Below, piece by piece: positions 1 to 8,750 of a stretch of 64,000 nucleotides of DNA. The stretch lies in NCBI GenBank assembly GCA_028711065.1, contig JAQTSY010000006.1, positions 213 to 64,212 of the forward strand. Direction: 5' to 3'. The number at the start of each line of letters is the position of its first letter. Position 1 is the first letter of the stretch. Origin of the DNA: Minisyncoccota bacterium (GTDB lineage: Bacteria > Patescibacteriota > Minisyncoccia > Phycocordibacterales > JAQTLZ01). Under the pieces are notes generated by a model. That model did not search any database. It was not told the origin of the DNA and saw nothing but the letters and a program-made list of their open reading frames with translations. A program made the translations under genes and the position numbers.

Positions 1-245
1 CTCCGTGCAGTGAGCATCATGATAGGAGTGTGCACCGAATGAAAGCGAAGCTCGTAGCAAATTTCCATGCCGTCCATCCGGGGGAGCATGATGTCGAGAA
101 TGATGAGTTCGTAGTTTCCTTTGAGTGCTTTTTCGTAGCCGATCTTTCCATCAAGTGCAGTGTCAACAGCGTAGCGCTCTCCTTTGAGTGCCTTTTTTAA
201 AATATCCGATAATTTTTTATCATCCTCAACAATTAGAATGGTCAT
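1..245 (-). CDS. Response regulator receiver domain protein (OmpR/CheY-like), N-terminal part; truncated by the window edge.
   Basis: The reverse-strand translation starts MTILIVEDDKKLSDILKKALKGERYAVDTALDGKIGYEKALKGNYELIILDIMLPGMDGMEICYELRFHSVHTPIMMLTA, a classic receiver domain with the phospho-acceptor Asp (LDIMLP). The ATG is the reverse complement of 243-245. Confidence 0.7.
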   Translation of the reverse strand, partial: MTILIVEDDKKLSDILKKALKGERYAVDTALDGKIGYEKALKGNYELIILDIMLPRMDGMEICYELRFHSVHTPIMMLTAR

Positions 246-398
246 AAAGGCATAATAACATGCTTTACTTTTTTTGTTAAGTTTGGATTAAGAAATAAAG
301 AGAGTAAAAATTTCCTGTCGTTTCAAGGGGAAAAGAGGGAAGCGGGGTTGACGCATCTCCTGATGTAATTTCTATTGTTAAATTCAGGTTAAATATGC

Positions 399-953
399 TT
401 GACTTCATCTGCCATACCAACTAACATTAACTTTATGTTAAATAACACCCTAACCGTTATGACGATCGAGCAAAAAATTACTCAAGCGTACAATAACTAT
501 CAGAAGGGCCTGAGCAGATATTCGTTTTCTAAGATCAGCAATCGCGCGACTGGAGAGGACTTGGTTCAGGATACGTTTATGAAGACATGGACGTATCTTG
601 TGAAAGGAGGACGAGTTGATTCAATGAAAGCATTTCTTTATCACGTGCTCAATAACTTGATCGTTGATCAGTATCGGAAGAAGAAGACATCCTCGCTTGA
701 TGTGCTTCTTGAAAAGGGATATGAACCGAAGTCACCAGAGGGCGAACGCCTCATCAACACTCTTGATGGAAAGTCAGCGTGTCTTCTTATTGAAAAGCTT
801 CCAAAAACATATCAAAAGGTGATGCGAATGAGATACGTTCAAGACCTTTCACTTGCAGAAATGGCATCTGCGACAGGCCAGTCAAAAAATGCTATCGCAG
901 TACAGCTCCACCGAGGACTTGAGAAGCTCAAACTCCTCTATAATCGAACATAG
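399..953 (+). CDS. RNA polymerase sigma-70 factor, ECF subfamily
   Basis: Region 2 motif (DLVQDTFMKTW...YLVK...FLYHVLNNLIVDQYRKKK) and region 4 HTH (MRYVQDLSLAEMASATGQSKNAIAVQLHRGLEKLK). The start may be one of the internal Met codons. Confidence 0.75.
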   Translation: MTSSAIPTNINFMLNNTLTVMTIEQKITQAYNNYQKGLSRYSFSKISNRATGEDLVQDTFMKTWTYLVKGGRVDSMKAFLYHVLNNLIVDQYRKKKTSSLDVLLEKGYEPKSPEGERLINTLDGKSACLLIEKLPKTYQKVMRMRYVQDLSLAEMASATGQSKNAIAVQLHRGLEKLKLLYNRT

Positions 954-957
954 ACCC

Positions 958-1527
958 TTATTCTGAAAGGGCTTTTAAAATCTCTTCGCGCCCTTCTTTT
1001 TTCTTGGCAGAACAGGGAATTATCTCAATTCCAGGCATCAGGTTTGAAATGGCTTTCAATTTTCTGCTCCGCTCCTTTTGGTTCAAGAGATCAATTTTGT
1101 TTGCTACCACGACCAAGTCTCTATTGTGTTCACGAAGCAAGCGGAGCATTTCCATATCCATATCGCTTGGGCCGGCTTTTGCGTCCAGAACAAGCACTAT
1201 TTTTCTTTCGAACACTTCAACGTCAAAAAGATACCACTGGATCATCCTTCCCAGTTGATTTCGCATTTCGACGGACTTTTTCGCATAGCCGTAGCCAGGA
1301 AGATCAACGAAATAAAATTCTTTATTAACGAGGAAAAAATTGATCTCGAGCGTTTTACCGGGTGTTTTTCCGGATTTTACGAGATTTTTCCGATTCAGGA
1401 CAAAATTCATAAGGCTCGACTTTCCCACGTTCGAACGGCCTATGAAGGGGATTTGAAGCCGGAGTTCCCCAAGGATCTTATCAGTCCCCCGAATGCCTTT
1501 TTTGAACTCTGCACTCGTAATTTTCAT
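958..1527 (-). CDS. engB: Ribosome biogenesis GTP-binding protein YihA/EngB
   Basis: IPFIGRSNVGKSSLMN is a P-loop (G1) and DLPGYGYAK is the G3 motif, both typical of EngB. Length is 189 aa. Confidence 0.8.
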   Translation of the reverse strand: MKITSAEFKKGIRGTDKILGELRLQIPFIGRSNVGKSSLMNFVLNRKNLVKSGKTPGKTLEINFFLVNKEFYFVDLPGYGYAKKSVEMRNQLGRMIQWYLFDVEVFERKIVLVLDAKAGPSDMDMEMLRLLREHNRDLVVVANKIDLLNQKERSRKLKAISNLMPGIEIIPCSAKKKEGREEILKALSE

Positions 1528-1668
1528 TTTTGTATAGTAACCGAAAGCGTGTTTTTTGTCATCATTTTTGCTAGAATGACAAAATGAATCCCGTTCGAAG
1601 CAACAAATATTTACAAACCATGCTTAATTTGAATATTTACCAGATAATCGAAGCTAGCTTCTAACGGG

Positions 1669-2631
1669 ATGAACAAATTTCTTTCTCAATTAGGCAAGAA
1701 AATAAAGCGAAATTGGATTTTGCTTCTTGTTCTTTTGATTTTACTTTGTGGAATTGGTTATGGCGGATTTCGTTTTTCTAAACTCAATAATCAGAAAATT
1801 GCTCTCGAGGAGAAAGTAAAAGGACTTGAGGTCGATCTCAAAGAAACCCAAGATACTTTGGCCCAAATTAAAAATGAAAAAGAGGGTCTTTCAACAACAC
1901 TGAACGGCGTGAAGGAGGAGAACAAAGCTTATTCAGAAAAAGTGAATGATCTTTCGGGAACAGTCGATAAATTAACCGGAACTGTCGATGTGCTCCATAA
2001 GGTTATCGAGACTGACCCGCAGCTTCTCATAAAATATTCAAAAGTATATTTTTTGAGTGAAAATTATGTCCCAACTGGGCTTGCTACCATTACGCCGAAA
2101 TATATTTTCAATAAAGCGTATTCGCTTCAGATTCACGACAAAGTTCAGCCTTTTTTGGAGGATATGCTGAAAGACGCGAATGCGGATAAAATGCCGCTTT
2201 TAGTTGCGTCCGGGTATCGCTCCTTCCAAGTGCAGTCTCAAATTAAGTCGAGATACGCAGTTATTTATGGAGCGGGGACTGCAAATTCATTTTCTGCTGA
2301 TCAGGGATATTCAGAACATCAGCTCGGCACTACGGTGGACCTCACTATACCAAGTATAGGTGGCGGGCTTACTGGGTTTGAAACGACGCAATCGTATCAG
2401 TGGCTTCTCAAGAATGCTTACAAATACGGTTTCATCCTTTCCTATCCGCCAAATAATGCCTATTACATCTACGAGCCGTGGCATTGGAGATTTGTCGGAC
2501 TTGATCTCGCACTTCGTCTTCATGATGAAGGGAAACATTTCTACGATTTGGATCAGCGAGATATCAACCACTATCTCCTCTACATTTTCAATACAAAATT
2601 GACTCCTGATGCCGGCACAACTGTGCAGTAG
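1669..2631 (+). CDS. Membrane-anchored D-Ala-D-Ala carboxypeptidase (VanY / peptidase M15 family) with coiled-coil linker
   Basis: There is an N-terminal TM helix, a coiled-coil segment, then the VanY motifs SGYRSFQVQ, SEHQLGTTVDL and EPWHWRFVG. Confidence 0.7.
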   Translation: MNKFLSQLGKKIKRNWILLLVLLILLCGIGYGGFRFSKLNNQKIALEEKVKGLEVDLKETQDTLAQIKNEKEGLSTTLNGVKEENKAYSEKVNDLSGTVDKLTGTVDVLHKVIETDPQLLIKYSKVYFLSENYVPTGLATITPKYIFNKAYSLQIHDKVQPFLEDMLKDANADKMPLLVASGYRSFQVQSQIKSRYAVIYGAGTANSFSADQGYSEHQLGTTVDLTIPSIGGGLTGFETTQSYQWLLKNAYKYGFILSYPPNNAYYIYEPWHWRFVGLDLALRLHDEGKHFYDLDQRDINHYLLYIFNTKLTPDAGTTVQ

Positions 2632-2634
2632 AGT

Positions 2635-2859
2635 ATGCATGTTCACGTTAAAGTAAAAGCAGGGGCGAAGAGGGAATTAACCGAGAAAATTTCCGACGAC
2701 CATTTCGCTGTTTCTGTGCGCGAAAAGCCGGAGCGAAATATGGCAAATAAAAGAGTTTGTGAAATGATAGCCGAGCATTTCGGCGTTTTGCCCAATAAAA
2801 TAAAAATCATAAGCGGGCATCACTCGCCCTCAAAAATTCTTTCGGTTGTAATTATCTAA
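2635..2859 (+). CDS. DUF167 (YggU-like) family protein
   Basis: HVKVKAGAKRE...FAVSVREKPERNMANKRVCEMIAEHFGV...IKIISGHHSPSKI matches the DUF167 pattern in a 74-aa protein. Confidence 0.6.
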   Translation: MHVHVKVKAGAKRELTEKISDDHFAVSVREKPERNMANKRVCEMIAEHFGVLPNKIKIISGHHSPSKILSVVII

Positions 2860-2931
2860 CTCCTCGTGCTAGAGTTTGAGTGAAAATTGGTTCTTCATTT
2901 TGGAAAGGGACTCTTGAGAAAGGAGCAAGCC

Positions 2932-3261
2932 GTGAAAGGATTAAATGGTGTTGTGGGGGTTGAAGAATGTCTCTCCAGCGAACCGGCACGTCGAGGTCGC
3001 AGACCAAAGATGGTCAAAATGGAATTCCTCATTATCCCAGAAATTCCTGCACTGGGTTATGGGGTAAAGATGTGCCGGCCATACAATAGCAATGGCCCTT
3101 TCATTCTTTCTCCATGGGGTTCTGTCCTGGATCAGACCTTCCTGAACGTTGCTGGGAGAAAGAGGGAAGTTGTGGTTCCGCGTTCGCTGATTAATTTGCT
3201 GAAGCGGTTCATAAAATCACAACAGGATCTCCAGCAGGAGGCGGAAGCACTTTTCAGATGA
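2932..3261 (+). CDS. Hypothetical protein (moderately GC-rich ORF)
   Basis: A GTG at 2932 is preceded by the RBS AAAGGAG (2919-2925), which is preferred over the TTG at 2887 used by the ORF track. An intrinsic terminator lies 18 nt after the stop. No recognisable domain. Confidence 0.4.
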   Translation: MKGLNGVVGVEECLSSEPARRGRRPKMVKMEFLIIPEIPALGYGVKMCRPYNSNGPFILSPWGSVLDQTFLNVAGRKREVVVPRSLINLLKRFIKSQQDLQQEAEALFR

Positions 3262-3278
3262 TTTTTCCGCAGGCGCGG

Positions 3279-3309
3279 AAACTGTCGGCTTTAGAGCTCG
3301 ACAGTTTTT
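3279..3309 (+). terminator. Rho-independent terminator (9-bp stem aaactgtcg/cgacagttt plus T-run), also lying at the convergent metK 3' end
   Basis: The hairpin is at 3279-3308 and is followed by TTTTTATTT on the + strand. It overlaps the metK stop codon on the opposite strand. Confidence 0.5.
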
Positions 3310-4288
3310 ATTTGTCCCAGAGAAAATTATTCCCAAAATGCCCGTACTCGGCGGTTTTACGGAATTGGGGTTTGCGAAGCTCTAAATATTTTATGATTGC
3401 GGACGGGCGCAGGTCATACCCCTTTACATTTTCCTGCTTTCCATCAATATCCACTACGGCCATAAGCGGTTCTGCTACGCCGATTGCGTAGGCAATGTGG
3501 ACAAACACTTCCTTTGCTTTTCTTTTTTTCAAATAATCAACAGCGATTTTGCGAGCCATATAAGCGGCGCTTCGGTCTACTTTTGTGGCATCTTTGCCGG
3601 AAAATGCTCCGCCTCCGACAGGAATGTTCGGACCATAATTATCAACCGCTAGTTTTCTACCGGTCAGTCCCGTGTCCGCATGGAATCCTCCGATAGTCCA
3701 TTTGCCGTTTGGATTTTGGAGCCAAATGCTTTTGATGTTCTTTACTTGTTTTGGCAAATATTTCTTGAAGCTCATCACTGTCTGCTCGAGCTTCACGTCT
3801 TTCATATTTCCGCTAGTGCAGAGCGATGTCAGGATTTTTTCAATTTTTCCGTCTTTCACTGTGACCTGTGCTTTGCCATCATGCGCACCCATTGCTTTAC
3901 AAAGTTTTCGTGAAAGTACTACTTCAAGCGGGAGCATTTCAGGAGTTTCGTTTGTTGCATAGCCAACCATGATGCCTTGGTCTCCTGCGCCCTCATTATC
4001 AACACCCTTGCTGATTTCAGGACTTTGCTCGACGACATTCACTACAACCCCAATATCTTCTTTATATCCACAATCTTTGTATACGTTTTTAGCGATATCG
4101 CGGATGTTTACGTATGCTTTAGTAGTGAGCTCTCCGCAGACAGTAATGACCCCGTGCCCGCCCAAGGTCTCAATAGCAACGCGGGACTTTGGGTCCTGCG
4201 CAAGACAAGCATCCAAAATTGCATCTGATATTTGGTCGCAGACTTTATCTGGATGGGATTTCGTCACTGATTCTGCCGTTTTTAACAT
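3308..4288 (-). CDS. metK: S-adenosylmethionine synthetase
   Basis: MLKTAESVTKSHPDKVCDQISDAILDACLAQDPKSRVAIETL... and GGGAFSGKDATKVDRSAAYMARKIA are the MetK signature. The start is chosen at Met13 of the track ORF. Confidence 0.95.
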   Translation of the reverse strand: MLKTAESVTKSHPDKVCDQISDAILDACLAQDPKSRVAIETLGGHGVITVCGELTTKAYVNIRDIAKNVYKDCGYKEDIGVVVNVVEQSPEISKGVDNEGAGDQGIMVGYATNETPEMLPLEVVLSRKLCKAMGAHDGKAQVTVKDGKIEKILTSLCTSGNMKDVKLEQTVMSFKKYLPKQVKNIKSIWLQNPNGKWTIGGFHADTGLTGRKLAVDNYGPNIPVGGGAFSGKDATKVDRSAAYMARKIAVDYLKKRKAKEVFVHIAYAIGVAEPLMAVVDIDGKQENVKGYDLRPSAIIKYLELRKPQFRKTAEYGHFGNNFLWDK

Positions 4289-4302
4289 CTTAGTTGAAAA
4301 AT

Positions 4303-4470
4303 TTATAAATAAAATTCTCTCCAAGAGGAGAGTTTTTGGCCGACTTGCCTTATCTCTCCAAAGGGGGATTAACCCTATGGGTCGGAGGGAGCACTAACTC
4401 GATTACTCGAAAGTTGCTGGATGGATCACAAAGCCGATTCTTTCCCCATCACTCTTGATATTGCTTCTTA
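4303..4470 (-). promoter_or_regulatory. SAM-I (S-box) riboswitch in the metK leader, with terminator-type expression platform
   Basis: The minus-strand leader reads AUAUCAAGAGUGAUGGGGAAAGAAUCGGCUUUGUGAUCCAUCCAGCAACU...GUGCUCCCUCCGAC...UUUGGAGAGAUAAG. This matches the SAM-I consensus blocks AUCAAGAG/GGAGGGA/GGC..UGA..CC.GCAAC/GUGC..CC/GAGAGAUAAG. It is followed by the hairpin CUCUCC-UCUU-GGAGAG and the tract AAUUUUAUUUAUAAAUUUUU about 20 nt before the ATG. Confidence 0.55.
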
Positions 4471-4551
4471 TTTAGTTGTATTTCCAGTGTACTTTTTTGC
4501 TGTAATATTGCAACTGTGTTATCGGCATTTATTTTGTGATAGTATAAACTC

Positions 4552-4932
4552 ATGAGAACAAATATTAAATATACACGTGTTGCAAATACTCCCGATATCG
4601 AAAGACATATCGCGAGCTGTATGCAGACAATTGAAAAATTGATTGATGAAAAAGATGAGAGCGCTTTAGCTCAAGTTGAACTTGCGAAAACCTCTGCGCA
4701 GAAGACGGGGGATGTGTATCGGGCCGAGATAAATATGCACATTGCGGGAGCAGATTTCTTCGCTTTTTCCGAAAAGTCAGATTTCATGAGTGCTCTCGAT
4801 ACTGTCCGGGACGAAATCCTCCGAAAAATGAAGACTCGCAAAGACAAGAGGGTAAGTTTTATGAGGCGAGGAGGCAGAAAAATCAAAGATTATTTGAAAG
4901 GCATTAAAAGCATAATTAGAAGAAGACAATAA
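4552..4932 (+). CDS. hpf: Ribosome hibernation promoting factor / ribosome-associated inhibitor (HPF/RaiA family)
   Basis: The protein is 126 aa. The pattern I..V...I.......KL....A.V.L....G.VYRAEINMHIAGADFFA..S.D...A.D.V.DEILRKMK.RKDKR fits the YfiA/HPF fold. Confidence 0.65.
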   Translation: MRTNIKYTRVANTPDIERHIASCMQTIEKLIDEKDESALAQVELAKTSAQKTGDVYRAEINMHIAGADFFAFSEKSDFMSALDTVRDEILRKMKTRKDKRVSFMRRGGRKIKDYLKGIKSIIRRRQ

Positions 4933-4935
4933 AAA

Positions 4936-5673
4936 ATGAGCGATAAATTTAGTCCAATTGGGATAGCGGTTTTTCTTGTGTTATTTGTTGGAATAGGTTT
5001 TCTTTTGTATCGAGGAATTAGTAAAAATCCGAATCCGACACCGAATGTAACAGCGACAGCGACTCCTTCGCCAAGCCAACCCGCTTCTCCTATTACTTCT
5101 CAAAAAACATCAAATACTATGGTAACTCTTAAAACAAGCATGGGCGACATCGTTCTCGAACTTTTCGCAGATAAAGCGCCAAAGACAGTAGATAATTTTA
5201 TCGCTCTCGCCAAAAAAGGATTTTACGATGGCACGAAATTCCATCGAGTCATCAGAGATTTTATGATCCAAGGAGGCGATCCTCTTTCAAAAGGCGATGA
5301 TACGTCTCGTTACGGCACTGGCGGTCCGGGGTATACATTTTCTGATGAGATAAATGCAGAATCTCTCGGTCTTTCCGCTGACGCGATCGCACAACTTGTG
5401 GCTATGGGATATAAATTCCAAACTGACATCACTTCAGTCCATCTCACGCAAGGTATTATTGCCATGGCTAATTCTGGTCCGAATACCAACGGGAGCCAGT
5501 TCTTTATTGTTACCGCGAAAGCAACGCCTTGGCTTGATGGGCATCACACTCCGTTTGGAAAAGTTGTTTCTGGCCTAGATATTGTGCTCGCGATAAGCAA
5601 AGTAAAAACCGGCCCGAATGATTTGCCGGTTACTCCTGTGGTTGTGAATCAGGTTGTGGTGGGGGCGAAGTAG
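4936..5673 (+). CDS. Peptidyl-prolyl cis-trans isomerase, cyclophilin type, with N-terminal membrane anchor and Pro/Thr/Ser linker
   Basis: [15 protein letters not shown]...[12 protein letters not shown]...[13 protein letters not shown] is the cyclophilin core. There is an N-terminal TM helix and a low-complexity [16 protein letters not shown] linker. Confidence 0.85.
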   Translation: MSDKFSPIGIAVFLVLFVGIGFLLYRGISKNPNPTPNVTATATPSPSQPASPITSQKTSNTMVTLKTSMGDIVLELFADKAPKTVDNFIALAKKGFYDGTKFHRVIRDFMIQGGDPLSKGDDTSRYGTGGPGYTFSDEINAESLGLSADAIAQLVAMGYKFQTDITSVHLTQGIIAMANSGPNTNGSQFFIVTAKATPWLDGHHTPFGKVVSGLDIVLAISKVKTGPNDLPVTPVVVNQVVVGAK

Positions 5674-5686
5674 ATCGTATAACGAA

Positions 5687-5828
5687 CTTTTCAAAAACCC
5701 AGAAAACTGCCCCAGCGGGCAGTTTTCCTTGTGCTGGGCGCCGGCTGCTTTGTGGTATAGTTTTTGCCCGAAGCAAAAATTACACCACAAAGACCATGCC
5801 AGCCTGGCGTGCGCGGGTTTTTGAAAAG
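5687..5828. repeat. Copy A of a ~142-nt structured intergenic element (outer 14-bp inverted repeat, 10-bp terminator-like hairpin, 86-nt conserved core)
   Basis: The outer inverted repeat is cttttcaaaaaccc (5687-5700) paired with gggtttttgaaaag (5815-5828). The inner hairpin is aaaactgccc-cagc-gggcagtttt (5703-5726). The core 5729-5814 differs from 28165-28250 at only 2 of 86 positions. Confidence 0.8.
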
Positions 5829-5919
5829 TTGTTATTCGATCTTGTGGTGTGTCTGGTGAGTTTTGAAAAAACAGATCTTATCTTTTTCGTGATTTTTGCG
5901 ACAAAAGGAAAGTGTTATA

Positions 5920-7272
5920 ATGCACTTATCTATGAAAAATGTTTTGCCTAAAGTGCTGGGTGTCAACAACTGTGTAGAATTGAAGAATGGCAAAGAAGCG
6001 AGAGTGATCTTGCTCAATAATGCGGCAACAACCCCGCCTTTTGAGGTTACTTTAGAGACGGTAAATAAATTTTTGCAAACATACGGTGCGCTTCATCGCG
6101 GAGCAGGGCCGAATGCCAGTGTTACTTTTCAAAAGGTGCAGGCTGCAGTCAACACTTTGCATAAATTTCTAGGCATGCCCGAAGACCATGCCATGCTTTT
6201 CACCTCAAATGCAAGCGCTGCGATTAATCTTTTTATTCGATTACTGCGACTGAAAAAGAATGACGTGATCATTACCTCAATTATTGAGCATACCTCCAAT
6301 AATTTGCCGTGGAAATATAATACTGAGGCGAGAACTGTTTACATTAACGCTTTCGATGATGGCTCGCTTGATTATGAAGATTTAGAAAAGAAAGTTGCAG
6401 AGAACGCCACGCACTTAAAACTTATCGCGATAACTGGCGCATCAAATCTTACAGGGTATATTCCTGATATTGAAAGGATTTCAAAACTTGCTCATTCATA
6501 TAATGCTCTCTTGTTTATCGATGCGGCCCAGCTTGCACCGCATCGTCCTATTGATATGGGAAAACAAGGTATAGATGCGTTAGCGTTTTCTGCCCATAAA
6601 GTGTATGCACCGTTTGGTCTTGGCGTATTGGCTTTGTCGAAAGATATCCTAAAGACTGATCCGGTCGATCCGGGTGGAGGCTCGATTGATATGATTAGTG
6701 AAACTGATATTGTGTGGGCTCCGCCTATTGCTCGTCATCAGACGGGTACATGGAATGTAACTGGTATAATCGCAGCTGCTGCAAGTTGCAAGATAATAAT
6801 GGAAACTGGTTGGGACACGATTGTCGCGCACGAAAAAGAGCTGGTTCGTTATATGGCACAAGAATTACAAACCGTCCCAAACATCATCTTGTATGTTCCG
6901 CCAGAAAAATATCTTACAGAAGACCGCATTGGAACTTTCGCTTTTAATCTAAAGGGTTATCATCATGCGTTACTTTCGGCAATTTTAGAAAATGAATATG
7001 GTATTGAAACCCGAGCAGGGACAATATGCAATCATCGGCTTGTTCGCCGGTGGTTTCATGTAGACGATGTTGCACAGAAAGAAATCGAAAAGAAAATCGC
7101 TGGTGGCGACAGATTGGCTTCATACGGAATTGTGCGCGCGAGCTTGGCTATTCATAATACAAAAGAGGATATTGATGCCCTTGTTTCTGCACTGAAATTT
7201 ATTGCTGTAAATGGACACAAGCTCAAGTATAAGCCAGTGCCGGTTGAGGAGATTTATGTATGCGAAGAATAA
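5920..7272 (+). CDS. Class V aminotransferase / cysteine desulfurase-family PLP enzyme
   Basis: The class-V fold is indicated by NNAATTPP, an H...TSNASAAINL stretch and the SAHK PLP-lysine motif (ALAFSAHKVYAPFGLG). The ATG at 5920 has an AAAGGA RBS; the track start at 5896 is a TTG. Confidence 0.7.
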   Translation: MHLSMKNVLPKVLGVNNCVELKNGKEARVILLNNAATTPPFEVTLETVNKFLQTYGALHRGAGPNASVTFQKVQAAVNTLHKFLGMPEDHAMLFTSNASAAINLFIRLLRLKKNDVIITSIIEHTSNNLPWKYNTEARTVYINAFDDGSLDYEDLEKKVAENATHLKLIAITGASNLTGYIPDIERISKLAHSYNALLFIDAAQLAPHRPIDMGKQGIDALAFSAHKVYAPFGLGVLALSKDILKTDPVDPGGGSIDMISETDIVWAPPIARHQTGTWNVTGIIAAAASCKIIMETGWDTIVAHEKELVRYMAQELQTVPNIILYVPPEKYLTEDRIGTFAFNLKGYHHALLSAILENEYGIETRAGTICNHRLVRRWFHVDDVAQKEIEKKIAGGDRLASYGIVRASLAIHNTKEDIDALVSALKFIAVNGHKLKYKPVPVEEIYVCEE

Positions 7273-7312
7273 TTTTCCAGCATTATGTAAATTGGAGCCG
7301 ACAGCTTTGGGT

Positions 7313-8167
7313 CTATCTTTGAAACCCTGCTAGAAAATCTTTGTAACTCATCTCCTTTTTTCCTTCGGGAATGATGCGGAGAATTTCGAATTTTCCTTCC
7401 TTGAAAGTCGCTTCTTTGATCACAATACGCATCTTTTTCCCATTTCTTTCCATAAAGAAATATGTCCCGGGCCAGCCGTAATATGCTCTGAATTTTCGAT
7501 AATTTTGTATGGGATCGTCTGCGAGGTCTAGAAGTCCGTCCTCTTTTTTGATCTTTTTGCAGAGCGTTGCCTTGTTATCGTCTTGTTTTTCAAATGAAGC
7601 AGTACCGTCGGCGATCTTTCCCACAGCTTTTACTAAAAGTTTTTTTGCAATCTCGTTGAGGCGATTTCGAAGCTCCGGTGCTGTTTCTTTTTCACCAATG
7701 CGCACTTCTTCTTTTTCGATTACGTCTCCCGCATCAAGCTCATATACCATTTTCTGAATTACGACTCCTGTCATATCGTCACCATTTAAAATCGCTGATT
7801 CTACTGGAGTAGCTCCTCGATATTTTGGGAGAAGCGAATAGTGGACATTTATCATCCCAAGACGGGGGAGTTCCAGAAGTGCTTTAGGCAAGATTTTTCC
7901 GTATGCAACCACAATGCCGAGGTCAATGTCATATTTTTTAAATGCTTCGAGAAATTGCGCATTAATTTTTTCTGGCTGAAAAGCGGGGATATTTTTTTGT
8001 TCCGCCCAAATTTTAGGTGCAGGTTTTTTTACAAGCATCTTTCGTCCCTGCGGTTCATCTTTTCCTGTGACAATAACTTTCGGGAGAAGGTCGGCGCTTT
8101 GAAGCTCTTCGAGAATTGGTAGAACAAGCTCCGGCGTGCCAAAAAATGCAATATTGAGTTTAGGCAT
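7313..8167 (-). CDS. fmt: Methionyl-tRNA formyltransferase
   Basis: IAFFGTPE...INVHYSLLPKYRGATPVESAILNGDDMTGVVIQKMVYELDAGDV matches Fmt. It overlaps def in the typical def-fmt operon arrangement. Confidence 0.9.
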   Translation of the reverse strand: MPKLNIAFFGTPELVLPILEELQSADLLPKVIVTGKDEPQGRKMLVKKPAPKIWAEQKNIPAFQPEKINAQFLEAFKKYDIDLGIVVAYGKILPKALLELPRLGMINVHYSLLPKYRGATPVESAILNGDDMTGVVIQKMVYELDAGDVIEKEEVRIGEKETAPELRNRLNEIAKKLLVKAVGKIADGTASFEKQDDNKATLCKKIKKEDGLLDLADDPIQNYRKFRAYYGWPGTYFFMERNGKKMRIVIKEATFKEGKFEILRIIPEGKKEMSYKDFLAGFQR

Positions 8168-8711
8168 TGGAAGTCTCTTTTTTAAGCCGAGAGGGAATTT
8201 TTTCGGGAGGAAGTTCGTGGAGATCCTCCGCGTTGTCTATAAACAGGACTCCGTCTAGGTGATCTGTTTCGTGCTGGAAAATTTGAGCAATCAGGCCACT
8301 TCCTCCTCGTTCAAATTTCTCACCTTTTTCGTCGTATGCTGAAACAGTTGCCTTTGTGGAGCGAACTTTTTTGCCGTACAGCCATCGGACAGAAAGACAG
8401 CCTTCCTCTAATAATTTCTGTTCCTTTGAAAGTTTGGTGATTTTTGGATTGATATACACAAGATTTATTTTTCCTTTTTTACCTTTTTCTTCCGGATACA
8501 GAATGTCATAAATTTTTTCTGTGATGATGAAAACGCGGAGCGACACTCCGATCTGGGGTGCTGCAAGAGCGACGCCATCATCTTGGGACGCGAGCGCTTC
8601 TTTCATGTCTTTAATGACCTTTTTTATTTTGAGGCTCTTAATATCCTTGAGATGCACTTCTTTTGCCTTTTCTCTAAGTACCGGAGCATCCCGTTGCACT
8701 ATCTCTTTCAT
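8160..8711 (-). CDS. def: Peptide deformylase
   Basis: The three Def motifs are present: GVALAAPQIG, EGCLSV and QHETDHLDG. Confidence 0.9.
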   Translation of the reverse strand: MKEIVQRDAPVLREKAKEVHLKDIKSLKIKKVIKDMKEALASQDDGVALAAPQIGVSLRVFIITEKIYDILYPEEKGKKGKINLVYINPKITKLSKEQKLLEEGCLSVRWLYGKKVRSTKATVSAYDEKGEKFERGGSGLIAQIFQHETDHLDGVLFIDNAEDLHELPPEKIPSRLKKETSNA

Positions 8712-8750
8712 TGCTTCATTTAAACACGAAATAAGCCACTTTTCCAGCTT

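Noticed and set aside
1004-1587. Three + strand ORFs (84-169 aa) inside the engB locus
   Set aside because: They are antisense to a well-supported EngB GTPase gene and have no recognisable motifs.
2860-3300. Possible RNase P RNA, tmRNA or SRP RNA in the gap between the DUF167 gene and metK
   Set aside because: None of the conserved motifs is present on either strand. RNase P P4 AGGAAAGUCCGG is absent. The tmRNA tag frame and 3' T-arm followed by CCA are absent. The SRP GGAAGCAGCC motif is absent. A GTG-initiated ORF with a strong RBS and its own terminator explains the interval better.
4306-4337. + strand intrinsic terminator (ctctcc-aaga-ggagag + TTTTT) with no + strand gene upstream
   Set aside because: It is better explained as the reverse complement of the SAM-I riboswitch expression-platform terminator of minus-strand metK.
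5575-5790. Minus-strand ORFs 5575..5790 and 27957..28226, both beginning MWCNFCFGQKLYHKAAGAQHKE
   Set aside because: The shared N-terminus is simply the translation of the conserved core of the two-copy structured repeat element. The second ORF is also antisense to rpmG. Both are artefacts rather than genes.
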